The notes below the pieces were generated by a model. That model did not search any database and was not told the DNA's origin. It saw only the letters and a list, made by a program, of their open reading frames with translations. This document shows, piece by piece, positions 26,270 through 34,620 of a stretch of 64,000 bases of DNA; positions within the stretch are counted from its first letter, which is position 1, and each line of letters starts with the position of its first letter. This DNA is from Candidatus Bathyarchaeota archaeon (GTDB lineage: Archaea > Thermoproteota > Bathyarchaeia > TCS64): contig JADHWN010000006.1 in NCBI GenBank assembly GCA_016783455.1, positions 6,142 through 70,141 of the forward strand, given 5' to 3'. The translations under genes and the position numbers were made by a program.

Positions 26270-26587
26270 ATGACTGAAGAGCAGGTCTCTGAACTTAGGA
26301 GCATGATGGACGAGATAGCGAAGCTTTCCAAAGCCCCCAGCCAGATGCAGGTCTTCTACCATCTCCTGGGAACGGGGCGCTCCATGTCCGTCAAGGAGCT
26401 CTCCACGGAGCTCTCCCTCACCTCCAAGGCCACGGAGAGGGCAGTGGCCAAGCTCGTTGACAAGGATCTCATCCAGAGGGCTTCTTTCCGGCAGCGCTCC
26501 TACACCTGCGACAGCAAGCAGATACTCCTGGGATTGCTGGTCAACCTGACGGATCTCAAGGACCGGCTGGACAGAAAGGGGCTCTAG
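26270..26587 (+). CDS. Small winged-helix protein P5 (105 aa)
   Basis: SQMQVFYHLLGTGRSMSVKELSTELSLTSKATERAVAKLVDKDLIQRASFRQRSY plus a C-terminal helix. Confidence 0.65.
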   Translation: MTEEQVSELRSMMDEIAKLSKAPSQMQVFYHLLGTGRSMSVKELSTELSLTSKATERAVAKLVDKDLIQRASFRQRSYTCDSKQILLGLLVNLTDLKDRLDRKGL

Positions 26588-27055
26588 CTACTTCTTCTTG
26601 AGGGGAGGGATGACCTCCTCCTCGATCCACTTGACCCCCTTCGACGAGAGCTTGTAGTAGGGCGCCCTGTCCACGGGCTTGAAGATGTGCCCCCTCCGCC
26701 TCATCTCGTGGAGCCGGGCCGGGACTGTCACCTTCTTCCCGCTGGCGGTCAGCCTCCGGGTGATCTCCCGGGAGCTCGCCTGATGGTCCCTCACGCAGTA
26801 GAGTATCAGGCCGATGCAGGCGTAGTGGCTGAGCTTCTTCTTGGTCACGATGATGGGGCCGTCCCTGCCCACCTCGATGACCCCCTTCAGGTCGTCCTTC
26901 GCCTGGGTGGCGAGGAGCTCCGAGACCCTCTCGTTGACCTCGCCGATGAACTTCTGGTCGAGCCTCTCAAGGGCGTCCAGGACCTCCTCGGGGGTCTCCC
27001 CGCTCACCTCTATCTCCCCGAACGGGGTGTTGATGGAGAGGGCGATCCGGGGCAT
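26588..27055 (-). CDS. Two-domain protein P6: novel N-terminal domain plus C-terminal winged helix
   Basis: Start placed at ATG 27055 (MPRIALSINTPFGEIEVSGETPEEVLDALERL). C-terminal wHTH is SSREITRRLTASGKKVTVPARLHEMRRRGHIFKP..YYKLSSKG. Its stop abuts the P5 stop with a 0-nt spacer. Confidence 0.6.
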   Translation of the reverse strand: MPRIALSINTPFGEIEVSGETPEEVLDALERLDQKFIGEVNERVSELLATQAKDDLKGVIEVGRDGPIIVTKKKLSHYACIGLILYCVRDHQASSREITRRLTASGKKVTVPARLHEMRRRGHIFKPVDRAPYYKLSSKGVKWIEEEVIPPLKKK

Positions 27056-27501
27056 CACTCGGCCTCCGGCTCGTTGACGACGTAGAGGTAGCCCCTCTTC
27101 TTGTCCTTCCACCGCCTAAGCTGACCCTTCTTCACGAGCCAGACCAGGACCCCCGAGAGGGTGGTCTTGGGGAAGAAGACGGCGTTCGCCTCCATCGCCT
27201 CCCTGAGCTGCCCGATAGGCCTGGGGGTCTTCCCCCAATCCGTGGAGAGGAGGCTAACGACGGCCTCGCTGCACTGGTTGGTCCGGGGGATCTTGGGGTA
27301 CTTGAGGGACTCGTCTTCCTCCTCTTTCGCGGGCTCCACGAGCCTGGTCTCGGGAATCGGGCCGCTGTTGAAGGCGATGGTCACCTTGTCCACTATTTCC
27401 TTGAGGTCGTCGAGCGTCGAGAGGACCTCCTGCTTCTCCCCGCCGAGCTCAACCTCCATCTCCCCGATCTTGACCTTGAGACGAAAAGGAGTCTGCTCCA
27501 T
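27055..27501 (-). CDS. Two-domain protein P7: paralog of P6 (novel N-terminal domain plus C-terminal winged helix)
   Basis: MEQTPFRLKVKIGEMEVELGGEKQEVLSTLDDLKEIV parallels the P6 N-terminus. C-terminus is IGQLREAMEANAVFFPKTTLSGVLVWLVKKGQLRRW. The TGA stop overlaps the P6 ATG (gTGATGc). Confidence 0.6.
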   Translation of the reverse strand: MEQTPFRLKVKIGEMEVELGGEKQEVLSTLDDLKEIVDKVTIAFNSGPIPETRLVEPAKEEEDESLKYPKIPRTNQCSEAVVSLLSTDWGKTPRPIGQLREAMEANAVFFPKTTLSGVLVWLVKKGQLRRWKDKKRGYLYVVNEPEAE

Positions 27502-27557
27502 GAGATCACAAACTGAACTAATACCCGTAATAATTATGATGGTTATTATATAATACT

Positions 27558-29459
27558 CTATTCCCGGCTCAGGGCCCCGATGGCCTCACGCAGGAGGGCC
27601 TGGACCTCCTTCGCCTCTGCCCGGCCCCTCACCTCGCCCATCATCATCCCCATCAGGGGCCCTATCGCCCTGTCACCCATCCTCTCCACCATCTCACGGT
27701 TCTCGGAGACCTTCGCCTCCACCATGCTCCTCAGATCATCGCCGCTGAGCATGCCCAGGTCGAGGGCCTTCAAGGCATCCGCCGGGGAGCCGTCGGGGTT
27801 CTCTGCGAGCCACGTGAAGATCTGGGGCAGGGACTCCTTGGCTGTCTTTCCGGCTTTCAGGAGCCCGAAGGTGTCCCGAATCAAGGCGTCGCTGATGTTG
27901 TCGATCTCCACGCCGTCCCTTTGGAGCCCCCTGAAGTCCTCGGTGAGCGTGACCGCCAGCTGCACGGGGTCCGCAAGGTCCTCGCCCATCATCTCCTCGA
28001 AGAGCTGGGTGTAGTCGGAGTTGATGACCTGCCTGGCGAGCTTCTCGTTTATCCCGTAGTCGGTCGTGAATCGTTCAAGTTTCGCCTCGGGCATCTCGGG
28101 GAGGTTCGCCCTCAACTTGGCGAGACGCTCCGAGGAGACGACGATGGGGGGCATATCGGTCTCCGGGTACATCCTCGCCGCCCCGGGCCTCGGCCTCGTG
28201 AAGTGGGTGGTTCCATCCGGGTTCGCGGCCCTTGTCTCGCTGGGTACCCCCTCCAGGGCCTCCCTCGCCCTCTTGACGACGGCGGAGAGGGCTCTCCTGC
28301 AGCTCTCCTCCTCGTCAGCGACGATGACCACTGCGTCCGAGTCGGAGGCGCCAACCTTCTTCCTTAGGGCTTTGACCTCCTCGACGGTGATATCGTAGGC
28401 GGGAAGCTCGTCGGTGTGGAAGATGCCCCTGACGCCTCCGGCGAACTTGGCGTGATCCGCCATCTCGGTCCCCAGCCTCCTGTCGGGGCAGAGCTCGATC
28501 CCCATGCAGCCTGCGAACCCTCCCAGCTTGACAGCTAGGACGCGGCCTCCCTTGCTGAGGGCGTTCTTGACGATGCGGCTCTTCGTCTCACCGAAGAGGT
28601 CGGACACGTCCAGCGGTTTATCTGTGAGATCTGTGGCCTTGATGCCTCTTTCCTTCAGAATATCGACTATCTTGAGGAGCTTGACCTGTCTCTGCACCTC
28701 GTACTCCACGACCTTGGAGACCAGGTTGAGCTCCTGTACCCCTTTGATCTCGATTAGGGCCCCGCCTACTATGGAGATGTTCACGTCCTGCCTGATGGTG
28801 CCCAGGCCCCTCCTGACCTGACCGGTGGCCCTCAGGATGCGGCCGATAGCCAGGGCGACCTCCTCGGCCTCCTCCGGCGAGTAGATCACTGGGTCCGTCG
28901 TCACCTCGATGAGAGGTATCCCAAGCCTGTCGATACGGTAGCGGCTGACACCCCCCTCATCCGCGATCTTCCGGGCGGCGTCCTCCTCCAAGCCCACCTG
29001 CTGGAGGCTGTAGGTCTTGCCGCCGACCTCTAGCTTCCCGCCGAGGGAGGTGACGCAGGTCCTCTGGAACCCCGTGGTGTTCGAGCCGTCCACCACTATC
29101 TTACGCATCACGTGGACCTCGTCGACGGGGGTGCCCCCCGTGAGAAGGGTGAACGTTAGGCAGATGTCCAGCGCCTCGGCGTTGAGGGGTCCCGGGGGCT
29201 CCTCGTCCATCTCCACAAGGCACGAGGTCTCCCGGTTCGCCTCATAGATGATGGTCTTCCCCTTTAGGAACTCGAACAATGCGGCGGGGTCTATCTCCCC
29301 CAGCTCGCTCTGGCTCGGCCTGAGGCGGCGGATGAAAGTGTACTCGGGATCATCCCTGAAGAGCATGGGCGGACACTGGCAGAACAGCTTATGCTTGGTG
29401 GCAAGTTCCTGGTGGACCTCGAGGCCCACCTTCAGCCCCAGCTTCGCATAGTCCATCAA
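27558..29459 (-). CDS. gatE: Glutamyl-tRNA(Gln) amidotransferase subunit E
   Basis: MMDYAKLGLKVGLEVHQEL..KLFCQCP N-terminus, about 630 aa, immediately downstream of gatD. Confidence 0.93.
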   Translation of the reverse strand: MMDYAKLGLKVGLEVHQELATKHKLFCQCPPMLFRDDPEYTFIRRLRPSQSELGEIDPAALFEFLKGKTIIYEANRETSCLVEMDEEPPGPLNAEALDICLTFTLLTGGTPVDEVHVMRKIVVDGSNTTGFQRTCVTSLGGKLEVGGKTYSLQQVGLEEDAARKIADEGGVSRYRIDRLGIPLIEVTTDPVIYSPEEAEEVALAIGRILRATGQVRRGLGTIRQDVNISIVGGALIEIKGVQELNLVSKVVEYEVQRQVKLLKIVDILKERGIKATDLTDKPLDVSDLFGETKSRIVKNALSKGGRVLAVKLGGFAGCMGIELCPDRRLGTEMADHAKFAGGVRGIFHTDELPAYDITVEEVKALRKKVGASDSDAVVIVADEEESCRRALSAVVKRAREALEGVPSETRAANPDGTTHFTRPRPGAARMYPETDMPPIVVSSERLAKLRANLPEMPEAKLERFTTDYGINEKLARQVINSDYTQLFEEMMGEDLADPVQLAVTLTEDFRGLQRDGVEIDNISDALIRDTFGLLKAGKTAKESLPQIFTWLAENPDGSPADALKALDLGMLSGDDLRSMVEAKVSENREMVERMGDRAIGPLMGMMMGEVRGRAEAKEVQALLREAIGALSRE

Positions 29460-30787
29460 CCGAACCTCCCCGTATACAGGGTGCGGTCGCTGTACTCGCC
29501 CGCAATGTTCCTCCTCATCAGCTCCATGGCTTCCTCGATATCATCGGAGTTGGCGAGAGCCCACCTCAGCTTGACGAAAGCCGTCTCGGCCAGCATGTCT
29601 CCCAAGGGCTCGACGCCGATCTCCTGTAGCTCCCTCCCCGTCGAGTAGACGTCCATGTCTATGCGCCCCCAGACGCACTGAGGGGCCATGCCCAGGACCA
29701 CACCCGCCTTCACGGCCCCCCTCAGGGCCTCGTAGAGCCCCGTGCTAACGTGGCCGAGGCCCGTGCCCTCGAGGATGACGCCCTTGTAGCCGTCGTCGAC
29801 GTACCAGTCGATGGTGCTAGGCTGGAAGCCCGGGTGGAACTTTATGAGGGCGACCTTGCTCTCGAAGCTGTCCATGAGCTCCAACTCACCCTCACCCCGC
29901 TTACGGTAACTCTCGGCGATCATCTCGACCTTGCCGTCAACGTACCTGGCAAGGGGCTCGGTGTTCACTGACTGGAAGGCGTATCGTGTGCTCGTGTGGA
30001 GCTTCCTGGCCTTGGTCCCCCAGTGGAAGACGATACTCGTATCACTGGTGGTCTCATGCATCCCCAGGACGACCTCGGCGAAGGGGGCGTGGGCCGCCGT
30101 CGACACGACCCCCAACAGGTTCGTCGCCGCGTCCGAGCTGGGCCTGTCCGAGCTCCGCTGGGAGCCCACGAAAATGACGGGTATCGGGAGGTTCCGCAGG
30201 ACGAAGCTGAGGGCGGCCGAAGAGTATCCCAGCGTGTCGGTCCCGTGGGTTATGACCACCCCCTGCGCTCCCTCCTTCACCTTCTCGGCGATCCTGCGGG
30301 CGATCCCCGTCCACTGCTCAGCGTCGATGTTCTCGCTGAACGTGCTGTAGAGGATGTCGGCGTCCACGGCTGCGATGTCCGATAGCTCGGGGACGATGCT
30401 GAGGAGGTCCCTCGATGACATGGCGGCGTGCACCCCGCCGGTGATGTAGTCGACCCGGCTCGCGATGGTGCCCCCCGTGCTGACGATGCTGACCTTGGGG
30501 AGCCCCGCCTTCACCTCGGGGAGGGGGGGCGGCCTGAACTCGGGCTTCTCCGCCTGCCCGAGGCGCACGACCTTGGCCCCCTCACCGAATGCGATCCCGA
30601 CGTTATAACCGGACTTCAACTTGAGGACTACGTGCCAGTCATCGGCGGTCTCGACCCTAGGCATAAGTGAGCCCTCGAAGCTCCCGTCCCCCGACTCGAA
30701 CCTGAGGAGATCGCCTATACCGACACCGGCGGCCTCTAGGGCCTCCTTGAGTTTTCCCCTGTAGCCGTGCAGCTGCTCGTCGCCCAT
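29456..30787 (-). CDS. gatD: Glutamyl-tRNA(Gln) amidotransferase subunit D
   Basis: Asparaginase-like core (STGGTIAS, HGTDT). 4-nt ATGA overlap with gatE. Confidence 0.92.
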   Translation of the reverse strand: MGDEQLHGYRGKLKEALEAAGVGIGDLLRFESGDGSFEGSLMPRVETADDWHVVLKLKSGYNVGIAFGEGAKVVRLGQAEKPEFRPPPLPEVKAGLPKVSIVSTGGTIASRVDYITGGVHAAMSSRDLLSIVPELSDIAAVDADILYSTFSENIDAEQWTGIARRIAEKVKEGAQGVVITHGTDTLGYSSAALSFVLRNLPIPVIFVGSQRSSDRPSSDAATNLLGVVSTAAHAPFAEVVLGMHETTSDTSIVFHWGTKARKLHTSTRYAFQSVNTEPLARYVDGKVEMIAESYRKRGEGELELMDSFESKVALIKFHPGFQPSTIDWYVDDGYKGVILEGTGLGHVSTGLYEALRGAVKAGVVLGMAPQCVWGRIDMDVYSTGRELQEIGVEPLGDMLAETAFVKLRWALANSDDIEEAMELMRRNIAGEYSDRTLYTGRFG

Positions 30788-30840
30788 GGAGAATCAGAGA
30801 AAACTATTGCGGATGGGGCTTATATTTACGACTGGTGCCC

Positions 30841-31146
30841 CTAGAGCATCCTGTAGTAGCTGGTCTTCTGGGGGCGGCCCGCCTCGTCGTCGAAGAGGCT
30901 CATGAACTCCTCGAAGACGGGCTTGATCCTCGGGTCCTTGTCTACGGCGGAGACAACGGTGTTGTGGTGCCCCAGGTCCCTGTACCTGTTGATCTCCATC
31001 CAGCGCCCGGAGTCCTTTGCGTCCCTGTAGATCTCCACGCCCAGGCATCCGTGCTCCAGGTAGATCTCGATGGCCTTCTTCTCGAGCATGACGAACTGTT
31101 CTGTCTTCTCCTTGTTTACTCGGTAGTGGTAGACCGCGACATACAT
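30841..31146 (-). CDS. Small dimeric alpha/beta-barrel (ABM/NIPSNAP-like) protein, function unknown
   Basis: 101 aa: MYVAVYHYRVNKEKTEQF..LGVEIYRD..WMEINRY. The assignment is by pattern only. Confidence 0.4.
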   Translation of the reverse strand: MYVAVYHYRVNKEKTEQFVMLEKKAIEIYLEHGCLGVEIYRDAKDSGRWMEINRYRDLGHHNTVVSAVDKDPRIKPVFEEFMSLFDDEAGRPQKTSYYRML

Positions 31147-31195
31147 GGTTAGACCCTGAAGCTATTCAACGCTGCACACGTTAAAAGCTTCACCC

Positions 31196-32770
31196 TCAGA
31201 GGTTCTTCGAGACGTAGACGCCGTCCCTGCGGTAGCCCAGGCTGGCGTAGTACTCCTTCGTCCCGAGGGCGCTCATGACCAGCAGCTTCTTTGAGTCGCA
31301 ATCCTCGCGTGCTATCCTCTCTGCCTCGGACATGAGGGCTCTCCCCCAGCCCCTGTGCTGCCACCCCTTGGCGCGGCTGCTGCCCACGGGGACCATCTCC
31401 CCATAGACGTGGAGCTCCCGCACGATGGCTGAGCCCGGTGATGTCTCCGGCCTGAAGGTCTTCTCGGAGGGTATCCTCATCCTCAGGAAGCCGACGAGGA
31501 TATCCGATGTTTCGTCCTCAGCAGAGATGAAGACCTCCGTCCCCCCCGACGCCTCATAATTCTTATGGATGACCTCAATTTCGTCCTGCTCAACCCCGTC
31601 CCTGTGCCCGACCTCCCTGCACCTTATGCACCTGCATCTGGACCCTCGCTCAGCGAGGCGCTCCTGGGCTAGCTGCCTCAGGTGGCTCTTGTCGACGCCC
31701 GCCCCGATGATGTTCGAGGGTATGTCCCTCTGGACCCGCATTATCCGCACCCAAGGCGGGACGAGCTCCTTCATGTCAGCCACCAACTCTACAGCCTCCT
31801 CGGTCAAGAGGGGCGTGTACCTGCCCTCCCTCCACCAGTCGTGGAGCTTCGTCCCCTCCATCACCAGGGTCGGGTAGATCTTCAGCATGTCGGGCCTGAA
31901 ATGAGGGTCTTCGAAGAGCGTCCTGAAGCCTTCTAGGTCCCTCTCCCGGGTGGAGCCGGGGAGCCCCGGCATCATGTGGTAGCAGACCTTGAGGCCCGAG
32001 TCCTTGAGCAGCCTCGTCGCCTCCACGACGTCGCCGACGGTATGCCCCCTCTCCACGAGCTCGTAGATGTCGTCGTAGACGTTCTGGACGCCCAGTTCGA
32101 CCCTGGTGACCCCGAGGTCCAGGAGCCTGTCCACCTCCTCGACATTGACGCAGTCGGGCCTCGTCTCGACGGTGATCCCCACGTTCCTGATGCCATCGTA
32201 CTCGGCCCTCGCCTTCGCTTTGTCAAGGGTCTCTGACTCCTCAGCTGCGAGGGCGTCGAGGCAACCCTTCACGAACCAGTCCTGATACTCGGGAGGGGCC
32301 GCGGGGAATGTGCCCCCCATGATGATGAGGTCCACCTTGTCGACCTCGTGCCCTATTGCCCTCAGCTGCTCGATGCGACTCGTCACCTGTCCGTAGGGGT
32401 CGTAGGAGTTCTGGGCGCCCCTCATGGCTGCGGGCTCGTGCCCCGTGTAGCTCTGCGGGACACCGTCGTCAGGGCCGCCGGGACAGTAGGCGCATCGCCC
32501 ATGGGGGCAGGCCCGGGGCTCGGTCATGACCGCAACAACGTTGACTCCGCTGGCCGCCCTGACCTCCTTCCGCCTGAGCAGCGGGATGAGGGCCTCACCC
32601 TCTTCAGGTTTTAGAACCGCGATGATCTCGGAGTTTCCGGGTATCCTGCCCAGTTGGTACTCCCTGCTCAACTCGACCTTCAGGCGTTCCACGTCACCCC
32701 TGGTGGGCGAGGGGTGCTCGAGAAGCCTCTCGACGAGAGCTCTAAGGGCTGGCTCCAACTCGGGTATCAC
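31196..32770 (-). CDS. elp3: Elp3-like radical SAM plus GNAT tRNA-modifying acetyltransferase
   Basis: Radical-SAM cluster CPHGRCAYCPGG, TIM-barrel core, and a C-terminal GNAT (QHRGWGRALMSEAERIA). Confidence 0.9.
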   Translation of the reverse strand: MIPELEPALRALVERLLEHPSPTRGDVERLKVELSREYQLGRIPGNSEIIAVLKPEEGEALIPLLRRKEVRAASGVNVVAVMTEPRACPHGRCAYCPGGPDDGVPQSYTGHEPAAMRGAQNSYDPYGQVTSRIEQLRAIGHEVDKVDLIIMGGTFPAAPPEYQDWFVKGCLDALAAEESETLDKAKARAEYDGIRNVGITVETRPDCVNVEEVDRLLDLGVTRVELGVQNVYDDIYELVERGHTVGDVVEATRLLKDSGLKVCYHMMPGLPGSTRERDLEGFRTLFEDPHFRPDMLKIYPTLVMEGTKLHDWWREGRYTPLLTEEAVELVADMKELVPPWVRIMRVQRDIPSNIIGAGVDKSHLRQLAQERLAERGSRCRCIRCREVGHRDGVEQDEIEVIHKNYEASGGTEVFISAEDETSDILVGFLRMRIPSEKTFRPETSPGSAIVRELHVYGEMVPVGSSRAKGWQHRGWGRALMSEAERIAREDCDSKKLLVMSALGTKEYYASLGYRRDGVYVSKNL

Positions 32771-32804
32771 TTAGAATGATGGGGTTAAAAGGGTTGAACC
32801 GAGA

Positions 32805-32975
32805 CTAGCGGCGACGCCTTCTCCGGAAGCCGTCCCGGGGCGCTGCAAGCTGCCTCTTGACGTAGTTGCTCCTGTTCCTGCGTCTGGGCGCCAGGCTCTT
32901 CCTCTCCCTACCCTCTATCTTCGGGGTCTGGGCCCGGACCTTGCCCGCCTTCGTCAATGAACCGTGTGTAGGCAT
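32805..32975 (-). CDS. rps30e: 30S ribosomal protein eS30
   Basis: 56 aa, below the track cutoff: MPTHGSLTKAGKVRAQTPKIEGRERKSLAPRRRNRSNYVKRQLAAPRDGFRRRRRR is the canonical eS30 N-terminus. A TATA-like GGTTTATAGA lies about 35 nt upstream. Confidence 0.85.
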   Translation of the reverse strand: MPTHGSLTKAGKVRAQTPKIEGRERKSLAPRRRNRSNYVKRQLAAPRDGFRRRRRR

Positions 32976-33020
32976 TTAAGCACCGCCAACCCCTTCAGCC
33001 CCATGGTCTATAAACCTTTC

Positions 33021-33755
33021 TCAGCCCCCGGGGGCAAAGGCCGCGTCATGCCCCGGGACCACGAGGGCGGGCTTAAGGGCCGCCACCCGCTTCAGACTCG
33101 CGATGGAGACGTCTGGTGAGATGTTCTTGGTCACAACAGAGGGAGCCCTGAACTCCAGGTAGTCCTCCTTGACGATGGCCGCGTCCCCTATGCAGGCCAC
33201 CAGTCCATCGGCCGTCTCCGCGGTCACGGAGATGCTGCCGGGGGTGTGGCCGGGGGTCTCCATTATCATCACGTTCTCGCTGAGCCTCGTGGGGCCGGAT
33301 ATCTCCTTCACGTCCATGATGCCCATGAACGCGTCGGCGAACTCGGGCCAGTAGAGCTCCCTGCAGTACTGGTACTCCTTCTCGTGGACGTAGAGGGGTT
33401 TCCCCCTGAACAGGTAGTTGCCCTCGACGTGGTCGTAGTGGCAGTGGGTGTTCACGACGATGTCTATGTCCCCGGGCTTGAGGCCGAACTCGGCCAGCCT
33501 CTTCTGGAACACCCCGTACCTGCCCAGCTGGATTATACCGGGGTCCACGATGATCTTCTTCCCCTCGTCGCGGATGAGGACCGTGTTCGTGGACCCCAGG
33601 TTGAACGTGAGGCCCCCGTAGACCTGCCCCACCTCGGGCTCGGGCATCGGCGTGAGGGGCCAGCGGACGCTGAGCACCGGATGCCCCTCGGTGACCCCCA
33701 GCTGCATGTAGAAGCACTCGAAGAGGATGTCTACTTCTGCCTTCTCGGATACCAT
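33021..33755 (-). CDS. MBL-fold metallo-hydrolase
   Basis: VVNTHCHYDHVEGN (HxHxDH) and METPGHTPGS. Confidence 0.82.
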   Translation of the reverse strand: MVSEKAEVDILFECFYMQLGVTEGHPVLSVRWPLTPMPEPEVGQVYGGLTFNLGSTNTVLIRDEGKKIIVDPGIIQLGRYGVFQKRLAEFGLKPGDIDIVVNTHCHYDHVEGNYLFRGKPLYVHEKEYQYCRELYWPEFADAFMGIMDVKEISGPTRLSENVMIMETPGHTPGSISVTAETADGLVACIGDAAIVKEDYLEFRAPSVVTKNISPDVSIASLKRVAALKPALVVPGHDAAFAPGG

Positions 33756-33795
33756 GAATGAAGAAAGAGTGTATCCCTTGATAACAGCTGTGCCC

Positions 33796-34620
33796 TCAGT
33801 GGTCCACCTTTACGGACCGCCCCGAGGGGTCCATCCGACTCTTCCCGAACTCGTCCCGGACCTCCCTCAGCTGCTCCGAGCTGAAGACCGGGCCATCCTT
33901 GCAGACCCTGTAGGGTCCCAGGCCGCAGCTTCCGCAGAGGCCGACGGCGCATTTGATGTACCTGTCGAGGCTCGCCTGCATCGGGATGCCCCGCTCCTCG
34001 GCCACCCGGAACACGGCCGCCATCATGATCTCCGGCCCACACGTGTAGATCATATCATACTTCTTTTCCTTCATCAGCTGCTTGGCGTACGTTGAGGCGT
34101 ACCCTCGGTAGCCGTGGGAGCCATCGTCCGTGACGGTGAGGAGGTCCTCCCCCAGCAGACTCTCAAGTCTCTCCTTCAGGAGGAGCTGATCCTTGCTTCG
34201 TGCCCCGAGGATGAATATCGGCTTCAAGCCCTTGGCGACCATCTCCTCGGCCAGGGGCCTCAGTGAAGCTGCTCCGGTGCCTCCTGCGACAAGGAGTGGG
34301 GAACTCCCTTGGACTGTGTAGCCGTTCCCGAAGGGACCTCTCAGGCCGATCTTGTCGCCCGCGCTCATCCCGCAGAGGGCCTCAGTGGACTCTCCGACGG
34401 GACGTACGACGACCGACACATTCCCGTCTTTCCCTATGCTCGCCAGGGACATTGGCACCTCCTCCGCGGCCGGGTTCCAGATCATCACGTACTGGCCCGG
34501 GACGCCCTCCGAGCATCTCTCGTCAGCGAAGTGGAGGCTCCTCATGCCCCGTGCCTCCTCCTTCACCTTCATGAGCTTCACAACCCTCATTGCCTCAGCC
34601 TCCGTGCGCCAGTCCGACAA
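33796..34620 (-). CDS. pyrK: Dihydroorotate dehydrogenase electron-transfer subunit
   Basis: FAD/NAD-binding ferredoxin-reductase fold plus a C-terminal 2Fe-2S motif CAVGLCGSCGLG. The start may be ATG 34590, 5 nt after the pyrD stop. Confidence 0.88.
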   Translation of the reverse strand: MSDWRTEAEAMRVVKLMKVKEEARGMRSLHFADERCSEGVPGQYVMIWNPAAEEVPMSLASIGKDGNVSVVVRPVGESTEALCGMSAGDKIGLRGPFGNGYTVQGSSPLLVAGGTGAASLRPLAEEMVAKGLKPIFILGARSKDQLLLKERLESLLGEDLLTVTDDGSHGYRGYASTYAKQLMKEKKYDMIYTCGPEIMMAAVFRVAEERGIPMQASLDRYIKCAVGLCGSCGLGPYRVCKDGPVFSSEQLREVRDEFGKSRMDPSGRSVKVDH

